From Callorhinchus milii (taxonomy: Eukaryota), in contig NW_024704742.1 in NCBI RefSeq assembly GCF_018977255.1, positions 93,746,001 to 93,810,000 of the forward strand: a DNA stretch of 64,000 nucleotides, written 5' to 3'. Below the pieces are notes generated by a model. It had not been told where the DNA came from. It ran no database searches and saw only the letters and a list, made by a program, of their open reading frames with translations. Below are positions 1-11,527 of this stretch, piece after piece (the stretch's first letter is position 1; each line of letters begins with the position of its first letter). The position numbers were made by a program, and so were the translations under genes.

Positions 1-105
1 TTTGCATTATATATATTTGGAGGACAACAACAACAACTTGCATCTACATAGCGACCCTCATGCAGGGTAGTGTCCCAGAGCACTTAGTATGTAATATAAT
101 ATATA

Positions 106-470
106 TCCTGCAGCTCAGTGGTCAGAGCACTCGCCTCGCAAGCAAGAGATCTGGGTTTGATTCCAGGCAGGGCAAAATGTTGGGCAAGTTTCGTTACTCC
201 ACGCACCTCTGTTTACCTAGCAGTAAGTAGGAACCCGGTTGTTAGTCTATTAGTGGATCTCTTTTCCAGGGATAATAATTCCTTCAAAAAAAATTATAAT
301 TTGGTCACTAAATCCACGACTGTTTGTGGGACGCTGCTGTGCGCAATTGTCTTCCGTGATTTGCACACAAATATACAGTCAATTCACTTTACAATATATT
401 ATATGAAGCGCTTTGAGATGTCTTGAAGAAGTGATAAGACGTTATATCAAATGCAAGTATTATTATCATT
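106..470 (+). mobile_element. tRNA-Ala-derived SINE, long form
   Basis: Box A-like GCTCAGTGG, box B-like GGTTTGATTCC, CORE-like TTGGGCAAGTTTC..CCTCTGTTTACCTAGCAGTAAG, L2-like 3' stem and (TTA)n tail. Confidence 0.9.
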
Positions 471-1252
471 AATATATGTCAAGGTGAAATCATTGGTGTT
501 CCTCTGAAGGAAAAAGCAGTTTGTTCAATCCTATAAGACCTATAAAAGCCAAATCTGTATTAGATGATAACATACTCAATCTCACACTGAGCTGTTCACC
601 TACAAAATACCCAGTCACTACGCTTGACAGTAAATCCTTTGAAGCACTCAGAGACGTCCTCCCAATGGAAAAGGCACTATATCAAATGCAAGGGTTGTTA
701 TTATCATACTAAATAAAACAGCCCTCCTGGGTGTTCAGCAATCAATTAAGAACTTTGTTTTCATTCCTACAATTATTCACCTTCCTTGGGAGATTGAAAT
801 AAGTTTAGAAAATCTAGGGGTTTCCAGATGACACACTGACAGGGAAATCATTAATAGCTTTATCAAGTAGGTGAATACCCCATGCACAAGGCTTTGGGAT
901 GATGATGATGATGATGAGAGGGATATGGAAAGGCAAGCCTCTGCTTCATTTGATGATATATCCACTATTATAACAAGAATCATTGCCTGTGAGATTGAAC
1001 TATTACATCCAGAGCACACCTCAAAATTCTTCACACAATTTACTGTAAAGTGTAATAACTGCAGGTAAAGATGATCACCAATTTAGGCACAGCAATGTCA
1101 CATAAATAGCCATGAAATGACTTACCAATTTTATTTGGAGGATTATTGACTCGACACACAGGCTGATATTTATAATAAAAATATTAATAATCCTTGCACT
1201 TAATGTAGAGCCTTATCACTTTATTGAGATGTCTCAAAGCGCTTCACATAAT

Positions 1253-1535
1253 TGGCAAATGATAAATAAATGCAAGGTACTACATTTAGGATGGAAGAAC
1301 AGGAAACATGTGTACTCCATAGATGGGATAGAGCTTGCCAAGGGGGAAGCTGAAAGAGATCCAGGGATATTAATTGACTCGTCGCTCACCATGTCAAAAA
1401 TGTGTGAGGCAACAATAAAGAAGACAGACAAAGAGGATGCTGAGCTACATTGCTAAACTAGATTATATCCCCAAATGTCATACTCACGCTACATTGTGTT
1501 TTGGTCAGGCCATACATAGAATACTGTATACGGTT
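1253..1535 (+). mobile_element. CR1 LINE ORF2 fragment, decayed
   Basis: KCKVLHLGWKN..ERDPGILIDSSL matches the CR1 post-RT region KCKVMHLG..ERDLGV. Confidence 0.85.
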
Positions 1536-2074
1536 CTGACACACACACCAGTCTGACATGTTATCTCCTGTTGCAACCTTATCTCAAGTATGTTTGCAAT
1601 ATCCCAGAAGGGAAGCTGGTGAGTGGTGAAGAGATTCTCCCTGCTGAGTGACACATGTTCACACAATGTTGAGGATTTCCCATCTCCAGATGATTATCAT
1701 CAGATAAAAGCAATCACTTATTCCATGGATGTTTTGTGGGAAATTGGCTGCTGCATTTGCCCACAAAAAAACACAGTCACACCAAATTGCAGTATATTCT
1801 ATGATATATTATGTTTTACCCTCCAGTACTTTGCCATTTCTACCAGTGTGCCTGTGTTCTTGCAGATGGATGAAATGGAAATGGATGAATATGTCTCATC
1901 CATAGAGACAAAGATAGTATGTGGTTTGTACCTAGACCCACAGATCAAATTGCAATGTAAGAAGATTATTTGCAGAAGCAGATAAGCATAAAAGCATATG
2001 CAATTTAGGGTCTGCAAAAAACTTCATGCCTATACATTATTGTTTGCCTAAAATGCTTTTATTCTGATTAAACC

Positions 2075-2275
2075 AAATAGTCTAAATTGTAAGGAAGTGA
2101 TGTTGAACTTGTGCAACATCTTGATTAGACCACATTTAGAGACCTGTGTCAAATTTTGGTCTCTACGCTATAAGAAGGAAATAGCGACGATGGAAAGAAT
2201 ACAGAATAGGTTTACTCGGATGATACCAGAGCTGGAAGGTTATTGGATAGACTGGATAAGTTAGGCTTTATTTTG
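2075..2275 (+). mobile_element. CR1 LINE ORF2 C-terminal fragment
   Basis: Encodes LIRPHLETCVKFWS, matching CR1 LVRPHLEYCVQFWSP. Confidence 0.85.
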
Positions 2276-2329
2276 CTTGAGATGTGAGATGAAATGTTAG
2301 TCGAATGGGAGATTGATTGGTAATAATTT

Positions 2330-2500
2330 CTCCAAAAAAAAATTGTTTGCTCAATCCCAACTGTTTGTGGGACACTGCTGTGAGCAATTGGCTGTCAAGT
2401 ATCACCCACAAATATACAGTGAATCGACTTTACAGTATATTCTGTGAAGTGTTTTGAGATTTCTCAATGATGTGCTATATCAAATGCAAGGATTATTACT
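2330..2500 (+). mobile_element. SINE 3' fragment
   Basis: CTGTTTGTGGGACACTGCTGTG..ATCAAATGCAAGGATTATT, shared with full copies. Confidence 0.8.
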
Positions 2501-3839
2501 ATAAAAACACATTGCATTGCACACTTATCAAACTCCTGCACTTTGGAGTTGCACTGTCCATTGTGTAGTGCAATGTTAGTTTTTTTTTAGAAACATCTGT
2601 GTTTTGCTTGGCATCATTATTTGATTGAATTCAATATTTTTGTTCCTGGCCACCATTTCAAGTTGCTGATCCTCTTGTGGTTGTCCTGCGACATTTAAAA
2701 AGTGCTATTTTGAAAAATTGGTTATTAACTTTCTTAAGTTTCCAGGCACTTTGGTTAGGTTAGGATTCCAACAACAAGGACTTGAGTAACAGCAGTAACA
2801 TTTATAGGCAGGCATGGCTTACAGACATGACACTAAATTGGAATCAAAGTTGATGGTTTTATCCACTTTCAGCCAGCTTTGGAGGCTGCCAATATTCACA
2901 ACTGAGGAAAGGGAAGGGTTTTTCCCGTATGTTTTAATGAAATTCTTTGATTAAGGAGTGGAATGTTCCTTTGCTATTTGACGGGAAATAATCTAAAACA
3001 GTATAGGGAAAGAGGGGAGCATTGGAATTATAGAACGAATGTGTATCATGGAATACCACAATACCAACATCTTAAAATTAGAGTTAACTAGCTAGAAATG
3101 ACACTTCTTTGCATAGAAACTTGTGAGTGCAGCCCTTTAAATTCATAGATCCAGAATTGATTGAGAATTTGAAAGGGAGATATATAAATACTTGGGAAGG
3201 GAAGGTCATTTAGAGAAAGAAGCAAAAAGAAGGGGAAGTGGGATTAAAAGCTATGATCCAATAAAATGGAGATGAAATAAATAAAATAAATAAATAATAA
3301 TAGTTTGGTCACTCCATCCACGACACAACTGTGCACAATTGGCTGCCGCATTTCACCCACAAAATATAGAGTCAATTTACTTTACAGTATATTCTGTGAT
3401 AAGGTGCTATATCAAATGAAAGGACTATTATTATTATTAGGCTTTGATGTATCAAATGTCTGCCTCCTGTTTCTGAGTAATAGATTCAAGAACAAATATT
3501 TTCACAGTGTGTTGTTAGAACATGGAATGCTTTGCACAAGAACCTATTGAAACTAATATCATAAAACGTTTAAAAGGGTATTAGTCAAATATTTGAAGGA
3601 AAATAATATAAAACAGTGCAGGAAAAGAGAGGATAATTGGAATTATAGCAGTGAGCTTCAGTGGAGGAGCCAGCACCAGCATAGGTTGGATGGGTTGAAT
3701 GTTATGTGTATAATTGCTCTGATTCTGATGTGAAACCTTTAGAAAACCACCAGCCACATCTAACTTGCGTGCCTTGATTACTTTGCTGTGCAGGTCCTGT
3801 GTGTTAGCCATTAATTCATAAGGATTACAATGGATTTGG

Positions 3840-3960
3840 TTTACACTAACTCACATAAACACATACATTCCCACACACACACATACACGTGCATAAGCAC
3901 ACACACTCACACATATGCCCAGACACACACACATATACGTGCAAACAGACACACAAAACA
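3840..3960. repeat. Degenerate (CA)n microsatellite
   Basis: Interrupted CA runs. Confidence 0.85.
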
Positions 3961-5403
3961 AACTATGGCACTTCGTAAAGGCAGGAAAAGAGCGAGCTCC
4001 ACCGATTCTGTGAACCATGAAACAGGACTGAGAAGTGCAGCTGTATTGTGATGCTTGTGTTTAGGAAATATAGAATGTTGTTAGAGTGGGAGCTGAAGAG
4101 GTGGGGAGGGCACAGGTCATAGAGGTACGTTTTGAGGGGGGCTTGAGGCATGGAAATATATAACTGACTCCTTGAAAGATACTTGATTGGTGTGAAAATT
4201 TTTTAATTGCATTAATCTCATTGGTTGGAAGCTGTAAACGTTAATGCCTTTGCATTAGGCTGCACACAGGAACACACTGCACACCCCATCCATGTTTTCA
4301 CTCCTTTGTGGAACATAACCCCTTGGCGAGGGCAAAGGGTTAAAGAACCAGTAATGAAATGTCTCAAAGTTATTAATGAAAGTGCAATTTGAAAAATCAC
4401 AACCTTCAGGAAACCCCATTCCTGCCACGTCGCTTCTCAACTTTCTTGCCTTTAGTTGCACTTTAGCATGCGCTTCGAACGCAGGGTCAAATCACACCAA
4501 TCTGATTTATAACTTAGAAAAAAGTGCCACTTTTTCTGACGTGCATTTTTCTCTGTTTAATTTCCAAACAAAAAAAAAAGAAATGGACATAGACGTATGC
4601 ACATGGGTAGCATTTTAGATTTTAAAAAAAACTCTTGTTTTTATAAAGCACTTACTGCTTGAATTGGAAAGCTGGAGGTTAGCACTCAAGTTTCCTGTGT
4701 GTGTACAGTCCTGTTGACAATCCTGTTTTCTTTGGAGCCCATCCAGGTTCTGTGATAATTAAGGTTCTATAATGTTACAGCAACAAATTGCAGTGTGATT
4801 AAATTGTGTACCATAAGTACATGTGCCTCTGCAGTGTGAGAAAGAAGCATGACTTTGGAGAACACAAACAAACTTGAGTTTTAGCCACTTTGAAATCTCA
4901 TTTGATGTACTCTTTAGAACCACCTTCTGCATAGAATCTTACAGTTTCTATATTGTGGTATATAATTCACTGTTGCAATCATTGAAAACTATTCATGGTT
5001 GTGTCAATGTCTTACCAATCGTGAATTACATTTCAGGGCTGTGATGGGGACCCAAACGTCATCCATCAATATTCTCAACCTAAATTTTGCAACTCCAATG
5101 CTGTTATTGTTATCAATGTTATGTGAAACATATGACTTAAAGCACTCAAGATACAGCAGTTGATATGACTAGAATTTGTACTAATAAAGCACCTTTTCAT
5201 GTGAAAAAGCATTTCAAAATGCAACAGGGTTAGGGTAGGGCTTTGTGAGGCTTTACCACAGCAAAGGTATTACCACCTTTCAGTGTTACAGATGTTTTGA
5301 TGCTGAAGAATTACATGCTATGGTGGTAATGCCTAACAATTGCTGAGTTTTGATCACAGCTCCTCACCTGGAGGGAATGCTATTAAATGATTTGGTCAGC
5401 GGA

Positions 5404-6051
5404 CTGGGTGTTCACAAAGTCCTGTTACACTTGTTTTTTCTTAAAATAAATTATCATTTTCTGTTGTAAATGAGTCGAGTGTAACATTGTCTGTTACCAG
5501 TAACTTCCTCCTCACTCCATCCGTGTTACGGAAGATGTTGCACCGAATATGGCGACGGATCATTGTCTGCCATGGAAATGATGGTGCGCACACCGATCCT
5601 CTGTATGTCTAAATACAGATAAACGGGCTCTGGCCTGCTCCACGTCCCCCGCCTTGCTCGCCCCACCATTGGCGGGCGGGCTTTCAGTCTTTCCTGCCCC
5701 ACCCTCTGGAACTCCATCCCACAGTCCCTCCACCTCACCCCCTCCCTTGCCTCCTTCAAGACCCATCTCAATAGCTTCCTCTTCAACCGTGTCTTCGGTC
5801 ACCCTCGTACGCCTACTCTCCCTGCCCTTCACCCTTCCTGATCCCTACCACCAGATTGGGTGTGAATCCCTGTATCTCCAGCGCCTACTGATGTGAAAGG
5901 CGCTATACAAATGTAATTTGTTGTTGTTGTATTGAATACAATTAAGTACTTCTAAATATAATCATCATCATTCTTCCACATGTTTCAGTTGTTGGTCAGT
6001 GCACCGTAGAAAAAAACAACACGTGAGCAACAGGACTTTGTGAACATCCTG
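5404..6051 (+). mobile_element. Internally deleted Tc1/mariner-superfamily DNA transposon with nested L2
   Basis: Terminal inverted repeats CTGGGTGTTCACAAAGTCCTGTT and AACAGGACTTTGTGAACATCCTG, TA after the right end; 5511-5612 encodes LTPSVLRKMLHRIWRRIIVCHGNDGAHTDPLYV*, resembling a mariner-type transposase C-terminus. Confidence 0.75.
5622..5930 (+). mobile_element. L2 LINE 3' end
   Basis: Encodes LLHVPRLARPTIGGRAFS..PTLWNSIP; AGCGCC..AGGCGCT stem; (TTG)n tail. Confidence 0.9.
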
Positions 6052-6349
6052 TACAGCAAAAATCTGAGGCGATAGAGGCACAGAACGCCAAAAATGAAAA
6101 GTACTGGATTTTAGGTCAACCAATTATGAATTGAGGTTAATGTATTTGTTCTTCCTCCTCCCCTGAATTATTGGGGAACCTGAGAAAATATGGAGCGATT
6201 AAACGACCATTCAGCGATTCATGCCTGCTTCTTCCATAGAACATGTGTCAATTGCATCGTTTCACAGCTTTTGACCATAAATCTTCAGGGGAAAGTTCTG
6301 CATAAATATCACCAGATCTTCGATCAATCAAATGTCCCCAGCATTCTTC

Positions 6350-6665
6350 TCTATCTATGCTCACATCTCTACTATTTAACCCTGACTTTATCTCCATAGA
6401 CAGCTTTGCTCCATTTCTCTTCCCCCTACCCTCAACTCATCCTCACCCCAACCTGCAGCTCAGGTCCACCACATCCTGTGGAGGATTTTATTTCCTCTGT
6501 TTATATTATTCGATAACTTCCAATATTGTTTCCAGACAGATAATTCCGGACTTCTCTACCATCATCTCCAGTAATAGGCTTCACATTGATATCCTCTGGA
6601 ATCCCCAAACTGCACAGATTATCATTCTTCTCACTCTTCTACTTCCAAAGACTCTTTCCAGGTTC
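6350..6665 (+). mobile_element. Probable Penelope-like retroelement RT fragment, highly decayed
   Basis: PDFSTIISSNRLHIDILWNP and a frameshifted SHSSTSKDSF resemble the Penelope-type pattern FLDxxxxxxxxxLxTxxYxKP..SHPxxxKxSIP. Confidence 0.5.
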
Positions 6666-7142
6666 AGGGGTGTGAAGGGAGAATTTTGGACTGACAACCA
6701 CAACAATAACAATAAATTGCATTTATACTGCAACATTCACGTTGGGAGGACGTCCCAAGGCGCTAACACCAGAAGGCTATCGACAGCTGGAATGGGTCAA
6801 CAGAAAGGGAGGTTAAAACCAGGATATGAGACTCATTTAAGAAGTAGCAGATGCTTAATGGGAAGATGTAAAGTGGCTATTCTCCAAGGATAGGATCATT
6901 GGGCAATGTTTCTATCGTATCCACTCTGCCAACTCCACTTTCTGTGCAAGAGCTTTTAAAGTGGCCACTGGTTCATTCCAGTGGGATGGGTGGAGGGGGA
7001 CCTTATCATGTCTTCCACACTCCCTCTGCTCACTCTCACATTGGTGTCAGAATTCCTATTGCCCTCACGTTTCCTGCCCCCCTCACTTGGTTCCCCACTC
7101 ACCCAGATCATTTCCCACCATTTCGGTAACTTCCAACCTGAT

Positions 7143-7480
7143 ACAACAACAACTTGCATTTATATAGCACCTTTCATGCAGGGTAGCGTCCCGGAGCTCT
7201 TGACAGTAGCGGAGTCTGACCCCGAGCCAGGGGGAGAGGAGAGGTGACCATAAGCACGATCAAAACGGAAGGTCTTTTGCCAGGATTTGAAAGTGGGGTG
7301 GGAGGGGGCAAGGCAGAGGGATTGAGGGAGAGAGTTCTAGAGGTTCAGGTAGTAGTGGCTGAAGGCACAGCCACCGTGGTGGAGCGGATGGGAGAAGGAC
7401 GGACAGGAGGCTGGAGCCAGCCGAGCGGAGGCAGCGGGTGGTGGTGTTGGGGGTAAGCAGGTCGGATAGGTAGGGGGTGC
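7143..7480 (-). mobile_element. L2 LINE 3' end
   Basis: (CAA)n tail on +; minus strand gives PYLSDLLTP..LRSAGSSLL. Confidence 0.85.
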
Positions 7481-7765
7481 GAGGTTGTCTGATACCAGCA
7501 TCAGACACCTTCGAACTTCCCCTCCTCACCCTCTCCACTATCAAAGGGCTTAATCCCAATGTGATACTCTTCTTCCTTCCAGGAACACTCCCACCAGTGA
7601 CTGATCTCATCCCCAAAATACAGTCAATGCAATTTACATTATATTCTGTGAAGCGCTTTGAGACATCTCAATGAGGTGATGAAGCTCCATATCAAATGCA
7701 AGGATTATTATTATCATCTCCCTCTTGCTGAATTGAAACAGGGTTCCATTTCCCAGGATTCGCAT

Positions 7766-8010
7766 AATAATAATCCTTGCATTTTGATATAGCGCTTTTC
7801 ACGTCTTCTAGACGTCTCAAAGCGCTTCACAGAATAGACTGTAAAGTGAATTGATTGCATATTTGTGGGTGGAACGCGGCAGCCAATTGCGCACAGCAGT
7901 GTCCCACAACAGTCGTGGATTGAAAATAATAATTTATTATTTTAGTTTTTTNGGAGGTATTATTATTAAGCGTGTGGAGTAAGGAAACTTGCCCAAGGTT
8001 TTGCCCTGCC
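7766..8010 (-). mobile_element. tRNA-Ala SINE, short form, 5'-truncated
   Basis: Reverse complement of family body and tail; contains an N at 7952. Confidence 0.9.
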
Positions 8011-8821
8011 ATCCCTCTTGAGCAGAAAAATTGTACCTGAGACTTGGTCGTCAAAGTGAAACACAACAGCAGTGAAACACAGCTCCTGGGACCTTATGAA
8101 GGGTAAGAGAGAACGGAGGACCAAGTGCTGAGTAGCAAGGCCTAACTGTGGTCATGCAATTATCGTATGTGTTTATTATTTGTTCAGAGTACATATCCAC
8201 TTGAGACTAACAGTTATACATTCTTCTGGGCCTCAACAGGGAAAAACAGATTTAGCTAAAGGCTGATTTGCAGTGGGGCCCTGCAATAATAATTGTTGTG
8301 TTTGATATAGCGCTTTATCAGGTCTTTGAGACGACTCAAAGCGCTTCACAGAAAGTGAGGCTGTAGTGAGGGTTTTATACGTTCAAAAGTTGGAAAGAAA
8401 GATAGTATTTTCCAAAATTTATTTTTGTTAAAAAATGATAATCCCGTACACAACAAAGATACATGAACTAAAATGAGCAATCTGTAAAAAAGGCTATATC
8501 TTATTGTACTGAATTGTTATTAACCATGTTTGTACGCTATAGAAATATACCTTTGTGGAAAAAAATGTTTGTAGAAGAACAATAAAGAGACGTTTCAAGG
8601 TTGGTTCCTACAAATAACTCTAAATTCTAACCTTAGCACATTCTGTTTAATGCGCATGTAGAATATGGGAGATTACTGCATAGGAGGAGACCATTCAACC
8701 CATCAAGCCTTGGTTGGGACAAACTCATTCACCAGAACCAAAATGCAATTTCTCTTGAAGTAGGATTTGGTGATCTGTTGAGAGCTTTTAAATAATAATA
8801 ATAATAATTATTACTATTTAT

Positions 8822-9470
8822 TGCCAGACTCCGCCACTACCTCACCCCTCAGGCTGCTGAAACCCTCACCCACGCATTCGTCACCTCAAGGCTTGATTAC
8901 GGGAACTCCCTCCTCATCGGCCTTCCCAACTCTTCCTTTCACAAACTGCAGATCATCTAAAACTCTGCAGCTCATGTACTCTCACGCACCAGGCTCCATG
9001 ACTCCATCACTCCCACCCTCACCCAACTCCACTGGCTCCCCATCCCCCAATCAAGTTCAAGATCCTCATCCTCACCTTTAAGGCCATCCATGGCCTTGCC
9101 CCCTCCTACCTCTCTGACCTGCTGACTCCCTACCAACCTGCCCGCTCCCTCCCTTCATTGGGCTCCGGCCTGCTCCATGTCTCCCACCCCACCGCCCTAC
9201 CATTAGTGGCCGGGCTTTCAGCTTCTCTGTTCTCACACTCTGGAACCATCTCACGGTCCCTTCGCCTCGCTTCCTCCCTTGCCCCCTTCAAGGCCGGTCT
9301 CAAGACCCTTCTCTTCGACCGTGACTTTGGTCTCCCTCCCACCTCTCTGCCCTCCCTCACCCCTACACCACCCGTCCCCCATGCTCGGGCCCCGACACCT
9401 GACTGTTCAGCACTTTGGGACATCCTCCGGACATGAAAGGCGCTCTATAAATGTAATTTTGTTGTTGTTG
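8822..9470 (+). mobile_element. L2 LINE ORF2 C-terminus and 3' UTR
   Basis: AAETLTHAFVTSRLDYGNSLL..LHWLP motifs; (TTG)n tail. Confidence 0.92.
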
Positions 9471-9631
9471 TTCTTGTAATAATAATAATAATTCTTGTAT
9501 TTAATATAGCATCTTATAATCCCAACAAAATTAAATAAATAATAATTTTGTCGCTCAATCTATGACTCTTTGTGGGACACTGCTGTGCGCAATTGGCTGC
9601 TGTGTTTTGCCCACAAAATATACAGTCAATT

Positions 9632-10075
9632 CCAGCTCATCCTAAACTCTGGTGCCTTCATCCCCACCGGTACTAAACTCCGCTCGCCCAACCCCCCCAA
9701 TCCTCGCCAGACTCCACTGGCTCCCTATCTTTGAAAGGATTGATTTCAAAATCTTCACCCTCACATGCAAATCCCTTCACACCTTAGCACTTCCCTCTGA
9801 GCTGCTTGTACTCCAGTCTTCTACCCACCCCGTCACTCACTGGCACAGGTCTGCTGCACAGTCACTGTCCCCTCTGTACCACCTTTGGTGGCCATGCCTT
9901 CAGCCACTACACCTTATTCTCTGGAACTCCCTGCCACAATCCTTCTTAATCTATCTTTAAATCCCACCTGAAGACTTACCTCTTCTGTTGCGCATATCGA
10001 CACTTCCTCCTTCCCCTTTCCCAAGCTCAATGTCCAAACCTCACATTCTGTGTAAAAATGCAAATTATTGTTGTA
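9632..10075 (+). mobile_element. L2 LINE 3' fragment
   Basis: PILARLHWLPIFERIDFKIFTLTCKSLH. Confidence 0.88.
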
Positions 10076-10294
10076 CTGTAAGTTTGGTGGCATTTCAAAG
10101 TCTAAAGCCTAGTATAAATGGGGCATGAGTTGTGCTGCAGAACATCTGTGGAGGAGGTAATCTCAAAAACAGTACAATTCGCACCATTGAAATATAAACA
10201 CAAGGGCTGTAAACCAGATTGGACTGAATCATCCAAGGTCCATCGGATGGCTTGGGAACTTGCTATGCACCAGGGAGACTTGGGAGAAAAATCT

Positions 10295-10342
10295 CTCACA
10301 CTCTCTCTCTCTCTCACTCACTCACTCACACACACACACACA
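10295..10342. repeat. Compound (CT)n/(CACT)n/(CA)n microsatellite
   Basis: Seen directly. Confidence 0.9.
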
Positions 10343-11199
10343 GTCAAAATGAAACATGTTTACTTTGTAAATAATAATAATAATGCTTGCATTTGATATA
10401 GCGCCTTACCACATTGTTGAGATGTCTCAAAGCGCTTCACAGAATATGTTGTAAAGTGGATTGACTATATATTTGTGGCAAAATACATTTGCAGCTAAAT
10501 TAAAACTCGTATCAGTTGTGAATAATAAGACTCTACGACAATCACAAGTGATAAGTTGCTGAAGTAACAACAGTGACTGGATTTAGATGCTCTTTAAAGT
10601 TGGGCACAACAGCATATTTTTAAGCTACATTCTGAAATGGTTCAAAAGCTGGCATAAGAGAAATATCACTGAGTTAAGAAACAGTGTTGTATCAAATAGT
10701 TAAGAACAACAGATTTTTCTCACAACCGTCACAGAGCCTGACAGGGCAAAGGTTAAAGATTGGTCATGACCACAACCAGAGATGATTACTGAGAAATTAC
10801 AAATCGTGTCGTCCTGGTCTAATCACAATGGTTTGGAAACATATTCATTTTGTCCCACGCAAAAGCCACACATGGGAATGTAGGAATATTACAGGACTGG
10901 AAAAAGGCCATTGAAGTCCATCTGGATGGTTCCAAAGTAAAATAAATAAGTAACTTTACATTACTATAGGGTCTAGTTTGAGAGATTTACAATAGGATTT
11001 GTAAATAGTAGCTGCTGCAGGTATCAAGATAAGTGGCCAGCTATGCGGTTTAGCTGGTTAGACTCCAGCAATACCCCCACACACATTGTGGATCCCCAAG
11101 TCTTGGCTCTTGCCAACCTGTGCCTAATACTTTCTGGAATTAGGTAAGCAGGATGTGTCCCTCCAGGGAGAGAGTGCACATTCCATTCCAACTGTTTTT

Positions 11200-11420
11200 T
11201 TTTGCCGACAAAATATATAGTCAATTCACTTCAACAACAACAACAACAAGATTACATTTGTATAGCGCCTTTCACGTCGGGAGGACATCCCAAGGCGCTG
11301 GACAGAGTACAGCATTTCAGATATATACTTCACAGTATATTCTGTGAAGTGCTTTGAGATGTCTCGAAGATGTGATAAGGCGCTATATCAAATGCAAGGA
11401 TTATTATTATATTATTATTA
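11200..11420 (+). mobile_element. SINE 3' fragment interrupted by an antisense L2 tail
   Basis: SINE body split by a minus-strand L2 tail; ACTTCA at 11228-11233 and 11327-11332. Confidence 0.8.
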
Positions 11421-11431
11421 TCTCTGGGATG

Positions 11432-11527
11432 TCCATGTCTAGGTGGGATACATGGAATTCTCAGCTTGGTTTGGATACTCTTAAGCATGTTGATGGGTTT
11501 CCACATGTGTCAGACACCCGGCTGACC
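11432..11527 (+). repeat. Short dispersed repeat, MITE-like; related copies at 43224-43326 (-) and about 52420-52490 (+)
   Basis: Shared TTGGATA(C/T)TCTTAAGCATG..GATGGGTTTCC..GTGTCA..CCCGGCTG; the 43 kb copy ends in AGGGTTGCCA. Confidence 0.7.

Noticed and set aside
871..1068. Acidic poly-Asp ORF
   Set aside because: Produced by a (GAT)n microsatellite and ends in an antisense SINE remnant.
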